64,000 nucleotides of DNA from an uncultured Bacillales bacterium (GTDB taxonomy: Bacteria; Bacillota_I; Bacilli_A; RF39; UBA660), in assembly GCA_948442255.1 (NCBI GenBank), contig CAOJRT010000002.1, forward strand, positions 8,088-72,087. Reading direction: 5' to 3'. Position 1 is the stretch's first letter. The number at the start of each line of letters is the position of its first letter. Shown in pieces: positions 1 to 9,900 of the stretch. A program made the translations under genes and the position numbers. The notes below the pieces were generated by a model, which worked only from the letters and a program-made list of their open reading frames with translations, was not told the DNA's origin and did not search any database.

Positions 1-193
1 CTATAGAAAACAATAACCATTTGCCTCTTCTTAAGATATCATCAAAAGATAACCCTATGAGAGATTTTTGAAACTCTGCTCTATCCGTTGCTATAATTCG
101 CTCATATAAAACACTAACTTTTTTTATTCTTTTGTGAAGTACTTTTTCTTTTAGTACTCGTCTTACTGTTTCTACTTCTGCTATTTCTGGCAT
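1..193 (-). CDS. mutM: formamidopyrimidine-DNA glycosylase (Fpg/MutM), N-terminal part; gene runs off the left edge
   Basis: Not in the ORF track because it is edge-truncated. ATG at 193..191 is preceded by AAGAGG. Translation MPEIAEVETVRRVLKEKVLHKRIKKVSVLYERIIATDRAEFQKSLIGLSFDDILRRGKWLLFSI matches the Fpg N-terminal signature (MPE-PEVE-RR ... RRGK-LL). polA-fpg neighbourhood as in Bacillus. Confidence 0.85.
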   Translation of the reverse strand, partial: MPEIAEVETVRRVLKEKVLHKRIKKVSVLYERIIATDRAEFQKSLIGLSFDDILRRGKWLLFSI

Positions 194-1019
194 CCTCTTT
201 TTTACTCCTCACTTTCTTTTTCTTCATTTTTTCTTTATCTATCAAATAAATACCTACAACATCTCCAAAACGCAACAAATAATCTTGTAAGGTAATAGTA
301 AAAGAATGCAAATCAATCATCGAAATCGTTTCTTTTAAAAGAAGGTGAATTTTAATAAAGCGCATTCCTCCAACTAAAGAAACATGCAAACTATGCACTT
401 TTACTACTTCTTCACGACTTTCTATTTGCTTTACTACAGCATCTTCTATAACATAGTCCTCTTCATATAAACGAGCAAAGGAACGTTTTATGATAGAGAA
501 ACCTTTTACAAGAAAGAACATAGAAATAAGAAACGTTCCTACACGATCTGCATAACGAAAGAATCCAATAAATCGACTTAATTTAGTAAAAATAAGACTT
601 CCTAAAAGAATGCCATATTGCAAAAAATCTACAGTACTATTCATTCCTGAATAAGAAAGAAGTCCTTTCTTTTTATTGTAATTCATTATTATTGTAAAAC
701 TACATACAATATAACGAATTAAGAAAGAAATCACTAGATATAATAACAAAAACCAACTAGGAGATTGTATTTTATCTATAAAGCAAACAAATAATATTGC
801 TAAAAAACCCATAAGGAATAAAAAAGAACTAAAACTACTTAAAATACTTTTATACTTTTTATTCTTTCTATCTTTAAAAGTTACAAAATATATAAATAAA
901 AGAAATAAGTCAAAAGAAGCACAAGCTAATAAAGTATAACTATGACATAAAAAACTCCCAAAAAATTTAAAGATAACCAAAATCATCTCCACAAAAATAA
1001 AACGTTTTATTTCTTTCAT
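114..1019 (-). CDS. multi-pass membrane protein, cation-diffusion-facilitator-like (degenerate metal-site residues), with Lys/Ser/Arg-rich tail
   Basis: 301-aa ORF with ~6 hydrophobic helices and a C-terminal VHSLHVSLVGG...IKIHLLL block resembling the CDF cytoplasmic domain. TM2/TM5 Asp/His positions are poorly conserved. The last ~27 codons overlap the fpg start. Confidence 0.45.
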   Translation of the reverse strand: MKEIKRFIFVEMILVIFKFFGSFLCHSYTLLACASFDLFLLFIYFVTFKDRKNKKYKSILSSFSSFLFLMGFLAILFVCFIDKIQSPSWFLLLYLVISFLIRYIVCSFTIIMNYNKKKGLLSYSGMNSTVDFLQYGILLGSLIFTKLSRFIGFFRYADRVGTFLISMFFLVKGFSIIKRSFARLYEEDYVIEDAVVKQIESREEVVKVHSLHVSLVGGMRFIKIHLLLKETISMIDLHSFTITLQDYLLRFGDVVGIYLIDKEKMKKKKVRSKKEDARNSRSRNSKTSTKRKSTSQKNKKS

Positions 1020-1028
1020 ATAAACCTC

Positions 1029-3602
1029 CTACTTTGTTTCATACCAATCGCTTCCATAATCATGACTGACTTTAAATGGAACATCTAAAGTAACACAAGT
1101 CTCCATATTCCTTCTAACAATTTCTTCTAAAACTTCTTTTTCTTCTGCAAGAACATCAAAAATAAGTTCATCATGTACTTGTAAAAGCATTTTGCTTTTT
1201 AAGTGATTCTTTTCTATTTCTTTATAAATCTTAACCATAGCAATTTTCATAATATCGGCACTTGTTCCTTGTATAGGGGTATTTAAAGCAATTCTCTCTC
1301 CTGTTTGACGAATCATATATCCACTATTGTTAAGTTCTTCAATCACTCTTTTTCGATTAAAAAGCGTTCTTACATACCCATCGCGATAAGCATCTACTAT
1401 AATCTTATCCATATATTGTTTTACCCCAGGATATAATTCATAATACTTATTAATAAATTCTTTCGCTTCTTTAGCACTTATTTCTAAATTCTCTCCTAAT
1501 CCAAAACCAGATATACCATATACAATTCCAAAAATAACGGCTTTTGCTGTTCTACGCATATCTTTAGTAACCTCTTCCATAGAAACATCATAAATATCAG
1601 CAGCTACTTTTGTATGAATATCTTGATCATCAATAAATGCTTGCTGTAAATCTTTTGAACCTGATACATGCGCAAGAACTCTGAGTTCTACTTGCGAATA
1701 ATCAGCACTTAAAAACATATCATATTCTGGTAAAAAAGCTTTTCTTATTTTTCTACCTTCTTCATCTCTAGCGGGAATATTTTGAAGATTAGGTTCTACA
1801 GAAGACAATCTTCCTGTTCTCGTTAAATTTTGTTTAAATATAGTATGTATTTTACCATCTTCATGAATAAATCCTGTCAAACCTTCTAAATAAGTACTCT
1901 TTATCTTCGTCAAATTTCTATATTCAAGAATAAGAGGAATAATAGGATGATGTTGAATAAGTTTATTCAATATAGCGACATCTGTCTTATACCCTCTTTT
2001 TGTTTTCTTTGCAAAAGGAAGATGAAACTTTTCAAATAAAAGAATACCTAATTGACGAGGACTACTAATATTAAACTCTTCCCCCGCATATTCATAAATA
2101 GAACTTTCTAATTTTTTTATTTTTTCATCTAAATCAATTTCCATAGCTTTCAAAATGGAAGCATCTACACGAATTCCATTATCCTCCATAGAAGCAAGAA
2201 CTTCAATTAATGGATGCTCTACTTCATAATAAAGAGTTTCCATTTCTTCTTCTTTCAATTTATCTTCATAAGTCCTCTTAATATCATAAATAAATCTTGC
2301 TTTTGCAACAATGTCGTCCTTTTTAAAACCTGTCTTTAAACTTTGTGAATAAAAAGCAATATCACATTGATTACTATTCATTAAGTAAGCAATATCATCT
2401 TTCATCAAAATATTAAGTAAATAAGCAGCTATCATAATATCAAATGAACAAGAAATAGATAGCCCCTCCTTTTTTAAAAGGATATAATTTTTCTTATAAT
2501 CAAACGTACATACTTTTCTAGTTTTTAGAAGCGGAATTAGTTCTTCTAACATCGAATTACTTACAAAATAATTATGATTTTTATCACAAACACCGACTCC
2601 GACAATGGCTCCTTCATGATAATTTTCTTTATCACACTCAATATAAATAGAAACATCATCTTCTAAAGCTTCCATATCTTCAATATGGTGAACAAAAGTA
2701 TAAGAAATAGTACTTTCCTTTGGTTTACTCATTCCTACATTCTTCTTTATAAAAGAGAAAAATTCTAATTCTTCATATAATTTATTTAAAGCAACAAAAT
2801 CTGCTCCTTTATATTGAATATCTTCTAATTTTACCTGCAAAGGAACTTCTTTATAAATAGTAGCTATTTCCTTACTAACAAAAGCACTTTCTTTGTCATC
2901 TATTAGTTTTTCTTTCAGTTTACCTTTTATTTCGGCAATATGCAAATAGATTTCTTCAATCGTAGAATAAGTTCTAAGTAAATTAATAGCAGTCTTATCT
3001 CCAATTCCTCTTACTCCAGGAATATTATCCGAAGGATCCCCTGCTAAAGCTTTATAATCTATAATATGAATCGGCTCAAATCCCCAATCTTCTTGAAAAG
3101 AAGTTGGATTATAACGAATATAATCTTTCTGTTTTAATAGCTTCATATCCACAACATCACTAAGAAGTTGCAATAAATCTTTATCAGAAGAAATGATTGT
3201 CGCATCATAATTTGAATCTTCTTCACACATACGAGCAAAGGTTCCAATAATATCATCAGCTTCATAAGGCTCCAACTCAAAATGAGGAATTCCCATGGCA
3301 TCAAGCAAATCTTTTGCAATAGGCATTTGTAACTTCAAATCTTCAGGAGTTGCATTTCTTCCATCTTTATATGTCTCATATTTTTGTTTTCTAAAGTTTG
3401 TCCCTATATCAAAAGCAACTGCAATATACGAAGTTTTTTCTTCCACGATAATCTTATTCATCATATTAATAAAACCATATAAAGCATTAGTAGGCATTCC
3501 CTTACTATTCTTCATTATATTTCCTGTATAGGCAGTAGCATAATAACTTCTAAATAATAAATTATTTCCATCTACCAAGATTACTTTTTTCACACTTATC
3601 AC
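1029..3602 (-). CDS. polA: DNA polymerase I (5'-3' exonuclease + Klenow-like polymerase)
   Basis: 857 aa. N-terminal 5' nuclease (LVDGNNLLFRSYYA, GDPSDNIPGV). Pol A motifs DYSQVELRVLAH, RRTAKAVIFGIVYG, QVHDELIF. Confidence 0.97.
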   Translation of the reverse strand: MISVKKVILVDGNNLLFRSYYATAYTGNIMKNSKGMPTNALYGFINMMNKIIVEEKTSYIAVAFDIGTNFRKQKYETYKDGRNATPEDLKLQMPIAKDLLDAMGIPHFELEPYEADDIIGTFARMCEEDSNYDATIISSDKDLLQLLSDVVDMKLLKQKDYIRYNPTSFQEDWGFEPIHIIDYKALAGDPSDNIPGVRGIGDKTAINLLRTYSTIEEIYLHIAEIKGKLKEKLIDDKESAFVSKEIATIYKEVPLQVKLEDIQYKGADFVALNKLYEELEFFSFIKKNVGMSKPKESTISYTFVHHIEDMEALEDDVSIYIECDKENYHEGAIVGVGVCDKNHNYFVSNSMLEELIPLLKTRKVCTFDYKKNYILLKKEGLSISCSFDIMIAAYLLNILMKDDIAYLMNSNQCDIAFYSQSLKTGFKKDDIVAKARFIYDIKRTYEDKLKEEEMETLYYEVEHPLIEVLASMEDNGIRVDASILKAMEIDLDEKIKKLESSIYEYAGEEFNISSPRQLGILLFEKFHLPFAKKTKRGYKTDVAILNKLIQHHPIIPLILEYRNLTKIKSTYLEGLTGFIHEDGKIHTIFKQNLTRTGRLSSVEPNLQNIPARDEEGRKIRKAFLPEYDMFLSADYSQVELRVLAHVSGSKDLQQAFIDDQDIHTKVAADIYDVSMEEVTKDMRRTAKAVIFGIVYGISGFGLGENLEISAKEAKEFINKYYELYPGVKQYMDKIIVDAYRDGYVRTLFNRKRVIEELNNSGYMIRQTGERIALNTPIQGTSADIMKIAMVKIYKEIEKNHLKSKMLLQVHDELIFDVLAEEKEVLEEIVRRNMETCVTLDVPFKVSHDYGSDWYETK

Positions 3603-3643
3603 CTATCTAATATTATAACAGAAAAAGACTTCTGTAAAAATAT

Positions 3644-4330
3644 TTAATCCTTATTTTTCTGACATTCGCTGATAAAAGTTGCAAAAAGAACATTAAACTG
3701 CGGAAGTATTTCTGGATGAAATTGTACCCCAATTAGAAAGGAATCATCCAAAATAGATTCTATCCCCTCAATTATCCCATCTAAAGAAGTAATTGAAACA
3801 CGAAAAAGATTTCCTACATGAGTAACTGTATTCCTGTGCACACTATTTACCATAATTTCTTCCTGCCCTAAAATTGAAAATAAAAATGAATCTTTCTTTA
3901 CAATAACTTTATGTGCAAGTTTTTCATTAGTTTCTCTTACTAAATCACATGGCCAATGATGTTCTAAAGAGTCAATCGGTTTTATAATACGTTCAGCTAT
4001 TTTTTCTTGATTTACAGAATACATAGCTAATGTCTGCATACCTAAGCAAATACCAAAAATAGGTTTTTTATTTTTATAAAAATAATCTATCACTTCAAAA
4101 GCAACTGGTCTTACTCGGTCTCCCCCTGGTAACAACAAACCATCACACATAGCAAGGATTTCTAAAATAATTTTTTCATCTACATAAGGTATTAAAAATG
4201 GAATTCCTCCATTTTCTACAATCTTTTTTATATAATTATTACCATAACGATAAGTATCCTGAAACGTATCATTTGTTAACATATAATTGCTTGTTGCTAA
4301 AATGCCTATAACAGGTTTATTTTTTGTCAT
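3644..4330 (-). CDS. class I glutamine amidotransferase / peptidase C26 (gamma-glutamyl hydrolase-like)
   Basis: 228 aa. Nucleophile elbow GICLGMQ and the QFHPE catalytic His-Glu motif. Confidence 0.8.
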   Translation of the reverse strand: MTKNKPVIGILATSNYMLTNDTFQDTYRYGNNYIKKIVENGGIPFLIPYVDEKIILEILAMCDGLLLPGGDRVRPVAFEVIDYFYKNKKPIFGICLGMQTLAMYSVNQEKIAERIIKPIDSLEHHWPCDLVRETNEKLAHKVIVKKDSFLFSILGQEEIMVNSVHRNTVTHVGNLFRVSITSLDGIIEGIESILDDSFLIGVQFHPEILPQFNVLFATFISECQKNKD

Positions 4331-4435
4331 AAATGTATCTTATCCTTCAACTGAATTATACTATATTAAAGATAAGAAAAATATAGATTATTTTCATATT
4401 ATATGCTATTATTTAAAATAGAAAAGAGGTTAAAA

Positions 4436-5236
4436 ATGAAAAATATAGAATGGAAAAAATTAATTGTCTTACTTATAATCATTGTTGCTGTCATTGGAAT
4501 TGTTGTTTTAATAGCAAATTTATTAAACAAAGACGGAGATGTTCCAACAAATGAACAAAAGACATCTGCCGAAAAGTTAACGATAAACAATATTTGCAAT
4601 TTAACAAAAGGTTATGGAACGATGTATGATGGAATTGATGTCTTATTTAGTCACGATAAAGTAACCTATGAAGACTTAAGCGTATCAAACGTTTTAAATG
4701 CTGCTGTAAGATATGCAAAAGATAACTTAGATACTGAAATATCTCCTGCTACCATCTATCAAATAGAAAAAGCAACACCTTATCGTTCTTCTGTGTATGA
4801 ATTTTACACAGGTGAAATAATAAGACAAGCAATAAAAGAATTATTTGGGGTAGACTTTGAAAATAAGACAAGCCGCCCTGAATTCAATTATGGATATAGT
4901 TTCATTTACATAAGCGAATTTGACGTCTATTTAATGACAACAAATGAATATTACAAAGAAAAAGATGAAAACTATGGAATTGCTTACCATATTATAAGTA
5001 CGACAAAAGACAAAAAAACAAACAATTTAAAAACAGAAATAGCCGTTGCCTTCACAGTAATAAATGATTCAAAAAAATTATTCTTAAAGGAACCAGATGC
5101 AGACAAAGCCGTTTATGAAAGTAATACAGAGGACTCTGAAATAGAAGAAAGCAAAATAAATGAATTTAATCATTACACCATCACATTAAAAGATATGGAC
5201 GGCAAACATGTATTTGACTCCATTGAAAAAAATTAA
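4436..5236 (+). CDS. hypothetical N-terminally membrane-anchored protein
   Basis: The track ORF starts at 4403. ATG at 4436 (MKNIEWKK...) follows AAGAGG. A single N-terminal TM helix (LIVLLIIIVAVIGIVVLIA); no recognisable family. Confidence 0.6.
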   Translation: MKNIEWKKLIVLLIIIVAVIGIVVLIANLLNKDGDVPTNEQKTSAEKLTINNICNLTKGYGTMYDGIDVLFSHDKVTYEDLSVSNVLNAAVRYAKDNLDTEISPATIYQIEKATPYRSSVYEFYTGEIIRQAIKELFGVDFENKTSRPEFNYGYSFIYISEFDVYLMTTNEYYKEKDENYGIAYHIISTTKDKKTNNLKTEIAVAFTVINDSKKLFLKEPDADKAVYESNTEDSEIEESKINEFNHYTITLKDMDGKHVFDSIEKN

Positions 5237-5258
5237 CTATTGCTAAGCAATAGTTTTT
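5237..5258 (+). terminator. rho-independent terminator
   Basis: CTATTGC-TAA-GCAATAG hairpin followed by TTTTTATTT, directly after the stop at 5236. Confidence 0.7.
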
Positions 5259-5317
5259 ATTTACAAAAAACGACCTAAAGCTTATAATGAAAATCAAGAA
5301 AGGAAATTATAACAAGC

Positions 5318-5644
5318 ATGGAAAAACAAACAATTGATAAGCTTCTAATCGATATAAAATGTATTTATAAGTATAACGAAAATATAAAAACTTACTATCT
5401 AAAAAAATGGCTTATTGACTATGACGAAAAAGTAAATTATACAGAAATTGCACAATCATCATCTTCTTTGCCTTTACTTTGGGAAAATATCTTTTATCCA
5501 AACACAACTACACACTTCTTTTTAGAACTCGTAAATACGTTTCAAAAACTGGAGACAAAAGATAAAAAAAGGACCCCATATAATAGTTATAGTCAAGCGA
5601 TAACTACCTATTGTTTAAAAACATTAGCAAGAATAATATTATAG
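5318..5644 (+). CDS. hypothetical protein
   Basis: 108-aa ORF with ATG start; no recognisable motifs. Confidence 0.4.
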   Translation: MEKQTIDKLLIDIKCIYKYNENIKTYYLKKWLIDYDEKVNYTEIAQSSSSLPLLWENIFYPNTTTHFFLELVNTFQKLETKDKKRTPYNSYSQAITTYCLKTLARIIL

Positions 5645-5737
5645 ACATAATAGAAAAAAAGAAGGATTAGACAATCTTAGCGAATATAAGGAAATATTTG
5701 GAAATGACTCCATTCCAAAAAACGTTTCGATGTATAA

Positions 5738-5983
5738 TATACGATTTTAGTTCGCAATTTAACTAAAGAAGATATCTCTCTACTACAAAAAATAGCTGTC
5801 GCATTAAAATTTGATTTTAATTACTATCATTTAAAAAGAATTAATAAAAGAATAATACTAACCTTAAAAGCAAGAAAAATAATGATCTCTTTGCTAACAG
5901 GAAAACCCTATCAAAAAGCGATAGTCCAAAAAGAAACTTTCTCTCGAATATTAAACGAAATTCAAGACGATTTTCGATATTAG
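5738..5983 (+). pseudogene. start-less open frame, probable gene remnant
   Basis: An 81-codon frame (…NLTKEDISLLQKIAVALKFDFNYYHLKRINKR…QDDFRY*) is open from the stop at 5735..5737 but has no ATG/GTG/TTG near its 5' end. It lies in a 560-bp stretch with no ORF of 60 aa or more. Confidence 0.25.
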
Positions 5984-6207
5984 AAAAGAATACTATAATT
6001 CTGACGAACATTTCTTAAAAAAGGAAAAATTAAAATAGAAATAAACTTCAAATATAGGGACTCAAAATGACGCAAGAGAAAAAGGAAAAGAATTAAAAGA
6101 ATGCACTACTAATAATTAGACAAAAAATCGAATTTTAAAAAAGAAAAAATATTAACAGAGGTAAAGAAATATAATCATATAAAAAGTTACACCATTTGTG
6201 TAACTTT

Positions 6208-6864
6208 TTATTTTATATATTTTCCTAGTTTTGGACTAGAGACCTCATTTTGTGTAATAAATTTTCCATCTACATAAGACCAAGATTGTGAAAATATATT
6301 AGCAACATCATTTTCTGATAAGATATAATCATAAATAACTTTATCAGTACCTCCAACAACAATTTGTGGTTCTATCGTTTCTATTTTCTTCTCCAGAGTA
6401 TATCCTTCAGGAACCTTATACTCTATTTTTACACTTCCATCCTCTAATAAAACATATTCTGAAGAAGGAGATACAACGTCACCTGTAGTTTCATTTTTAG
6501 CAATTAAAACCTCTTTATAGCCAATAACATTTCCTTTAGCATCCTGTGTTAACATATAACCTTTAGGAACAACATAAGAAACTTTCGAATCAAAATAAGA
6601 AACATGTCCTACTTTACAACTTATTTGCTTTCCATTAAAAGTATAAGTTCGATTATAATTTTCTAAATCCTTCATTTGATGCTCTAAAGCTTTTTCATAC
6701 CCCAAAATAGGAGTTAAGATAGTTGTAATTGGACAAACATATTTAGTCGGATTATTTAATGTACAAGAAGCAAAAAGACTTACTCCTACTCCTATTGCCA
6801 ATGCTTCAGTCAAATGAAGTATCTCATTTTTCTCTTTTATTTTTATTTCTTTTTCATTATTCAT
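6208..6864 (-). CDS. hypothetical lipoprotein-like protein
   Basis: 218 aa. RBS AAGGGGGA. Hydrophobic segment ending in the lipobox-like LFASC. Confidence 0.55.
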   Translation of the reverse strand: MNNEKEIKIKEKNEILHLTEALAIGVGVSLFASCTLNNPTKYVCPITTILTPILGYEKALEHQMKDLENYNRTYTFNGKQISCKVGHVSYFDSKVSYVVPKGYMLTQDAKGNVIGYKEVLIAKNETTGDVVSPSSEYVLLEDGSVKIEYKVPEGYTLEKKIETIEPQIVVGGTDKVIYDYILSENDVANIFSQSWSYVDGKFITQNEVSSPKLGKYIK

Positions 6865-6931
6865 TTTTTATCCCCCTTAATTCACGTACTGATAGTATAG
6901 CAAAGCTATGAAAATTAGGCAAATTTTCCTT

Positions 6932-9900
6932 CTAAAATAAACTGAGTTGATTACTTTCTGACATATTGTCTAAACATCCTAATTCTTTTAATTTTTCTAA
7001 AGATGTATTATTTACTTTTCCTCGTTCTCTTAAATCTTGAATCGAAATAAATGGTCCCCCTTTACGCGCTTTTACAATCGCATCGGCAACGTTTTCTCCA
7101 AGTCCATCAAGGGCTCTAAATGGAATTATCAAACCTTTTTCATCTTCCGTAATGATAAATTTCTTCCCATCACTTTTATCCACATCTATATTTTTAAAAT
7201 AGAAACCTCTTTCACACATTTCAAGACAAAGTAAAAGTGTTTCGCGTATATCTAAATCTTTATTAGAGGCTTGATTTCCTTTGGTATCAATTTCATCAAT
7301 TTTCGCACGAATAGCATCTCCTCCTCTAACCATCGAAGCAATATCAAATTGATCACGCCGAATAGAAAGATAAGCACAGTAGTAAAGAATCGGATAATGA
7401 ACTTTAAACCACGCAATTCGGAAAGCACTCGTTACATAAGCAGTAGCATGCGCTTTTGGGAACATGTATTTTATCTTGCGACAAGACTCAATATACCATT
7501 CAGGAATATTTGCTTCTCGCATAGCCGCTGCATGATCTGCCCAAGTAGCAGGATCTTTACTTGGTTTGCCTTTACGAACAAACTCCATAATTTTAAATGC
7601 CTTGGCTGGTTTCATTCCCCATTGAATTAAATTAACCATAATATCATCACGACACCCTATAACATCTTTAAACGGAACTTCTATAACCCCTTCTTTATTA
7701 GGTGTACATAAATCTCTTGCATTTCCAAGCCATACGTCTGTACCATGTGATAACCCAGAAATTTTGATTAATTCGGCAAAAGTAGTTGGTTTTGTTTCTT
7801 CAAGCATACCAAGTAAGAAAGAAGTTCCAAATTCAGGAACACCTAGTGTTCCCGTTGGACAATATTTTCTTCCTTCTTTATCCACACTGCCTCGTAAACG
7901 ATAACGGTCAACTCCTAAAATCTCAGGACCAGTAAATATTTTCATCGTGTCTAAATCTCCTAAATCAATTGCCGTAACATCAAATTCCTTACCATGTGTA
8001 ATATAGGTAACTGCTAATTCCTGTAACATACGTAAAACAGTTGGATCATCGTGTCCTAGTATATCAAGTTTTAAAAGGTCCGCATCAATAGCATGATAAT
8101 CAAAGTGTGTTGTTCTCCAAGCACTCGTAGGGTCATCAGCAGGATATTGAAATGGTGTAAAATCCCAAATATCTTTATAACCTGGAACAACAACAATTCC
8201 TCCTGGATGTTGCCCTGTCGTACGTTTGACTCCCGTACATCCAACAGCGATACGTTCCACCTCAGGAACTCGAACAAAAGACTTAATAACACCCTTTTTC
8301 TTTAAATCATCTTTTCCTGTAACAGTAAGACCATAACTAGTAGCCTCCGTTTTTAAAATATCATGCAAGCGTTCTTCATAATACCCTTGAACATATCCAT
8401 AAGCTGTTTTATCGGCCACTGTACCAATCGTTCCAGCACGATACACATTATCTGTACCAAATAAAACTTTCGTATATTCATGAGCAGAAGCTTGATTATC
8501 TCCAGAAAAGTTAAGGTCAATATCAGGAACTTTTTCTCCAGCAAAACCTAAGAAGGTTGCAAAAGGCATATCATTTCCTTGGTGAATCATAATTTCACCA
8601 CATTTTGGACAAGCTTTCTCTGGCAAATCAAATCCTGAAGGATAATTTTCTGCATAAGAGACTCCCTCATCATCTTGAAATTCGCTATGCTGACACTTAG
8701 GACAATAATAATGAGCAGGTAAACCATTACATTCTGTAATACCCATCATACTTGCAACAAAAGAAGACCCTACAGAACCGCGTGATCCTACTAAATAACC
8801 ATCATCATTAGAATGTTTAACTAATTTTTGTGCAATTAAATAAATAACATCGAATCCCCCACCAATAATTCCTGTTAACTGGGCTTTTGCTTGTTCGATT
8901 GCTTCTTCATTCGTAAGTTCTGTCTCACTATTGCGTTTCACTTGTTCTTTTTTTAAAGCAATTACTCCATCATATCCACTCATGATAACATCATGTAGAT
9001 AAGGAGTAAACATAGCGTCTCGTTCCTCATCTGTTTTATCTGGATAAAGAAGAGTTAAATTCTCTTTTACTAAATCATTAATCTTATCCCCATAAAACTC
9101 TTGCGCTATACGCTCCTCAATATTAGGTGGAAGAGGATTTCCATACATGCTATGCGCTTTATCAAAAACCAAATCACGACAAGTTTCTTGTGAGTGTTCA
9201 ATAATAGGAGAATAAGGTTTATCTGGATAAACTACGACTTCAATATCTTCTAACTGCTCAATTATCTTATTTGGATTTTCAACAACGATTTCATGAATTA
9301 AATCAGCATCTTCCAAAAAGGCAAACTCTTCCTTCATTTCTTTTGTTGTTCTAAAAAATTGATTCGGAATATGTCCTTCCTGTGCAGCAACGGAATCATT
9401 ATAATATCCATTTAAAATATAAACATTATCTTGTTCTCTTACAATCCCTGCCACACTTAGCTTCCGTAACGAACTACTAACTGCTTTTAATTTTTCAGCT
9501 TCGCCATCTCTTCCTTTAAAGGAGTCCTCATAAGCGTTTTTTTTATCTGGAGCATATATAAAAGCTATATTTGTTGAAGTAATCGCTATTTTTTTTATCT
9601 TTGTCAATACATAAATGTATTTTAATACTTTTTGATCAACTTCATTTAATAAAACGCCTTGTGATTTTGCTTTTTCTACTACTTTGGCAATATTCTCTAA
9701 GTTTGTACAACGTTTACTAGAAGAGGCTAAATAACGCGCCAAAGGATGTCTTCCTTTTCCTGGGACATTTTGGTTCACAATAATCTCTCTATACAAACGA
9801 TCTTCAGGATGAATTTGATGTACATCACCTGTTGCTACAACCATTTTGCCGATCTTTTTAGCACAACGAATAATCTTTTTTAAGCAAGTATGCAAATGAT

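Noticed and set aside
3295-3531. Antisense or shadow track ORFs inside well-supported genes. Examples: 3295..3531, 7037..8544 group, 11250..11770, 13096..13810, 18713..18961, 21126..21359, 26653..27747, 28599..29450, 35417..36007, 46489..47134, 51103..52044, 60467..60763
   Set aside because: All overlap strongly supported CDSs on the opposite strand or in another frame. They have low-complexity translations typical of AT-rich shadow frames and lack an RBS.
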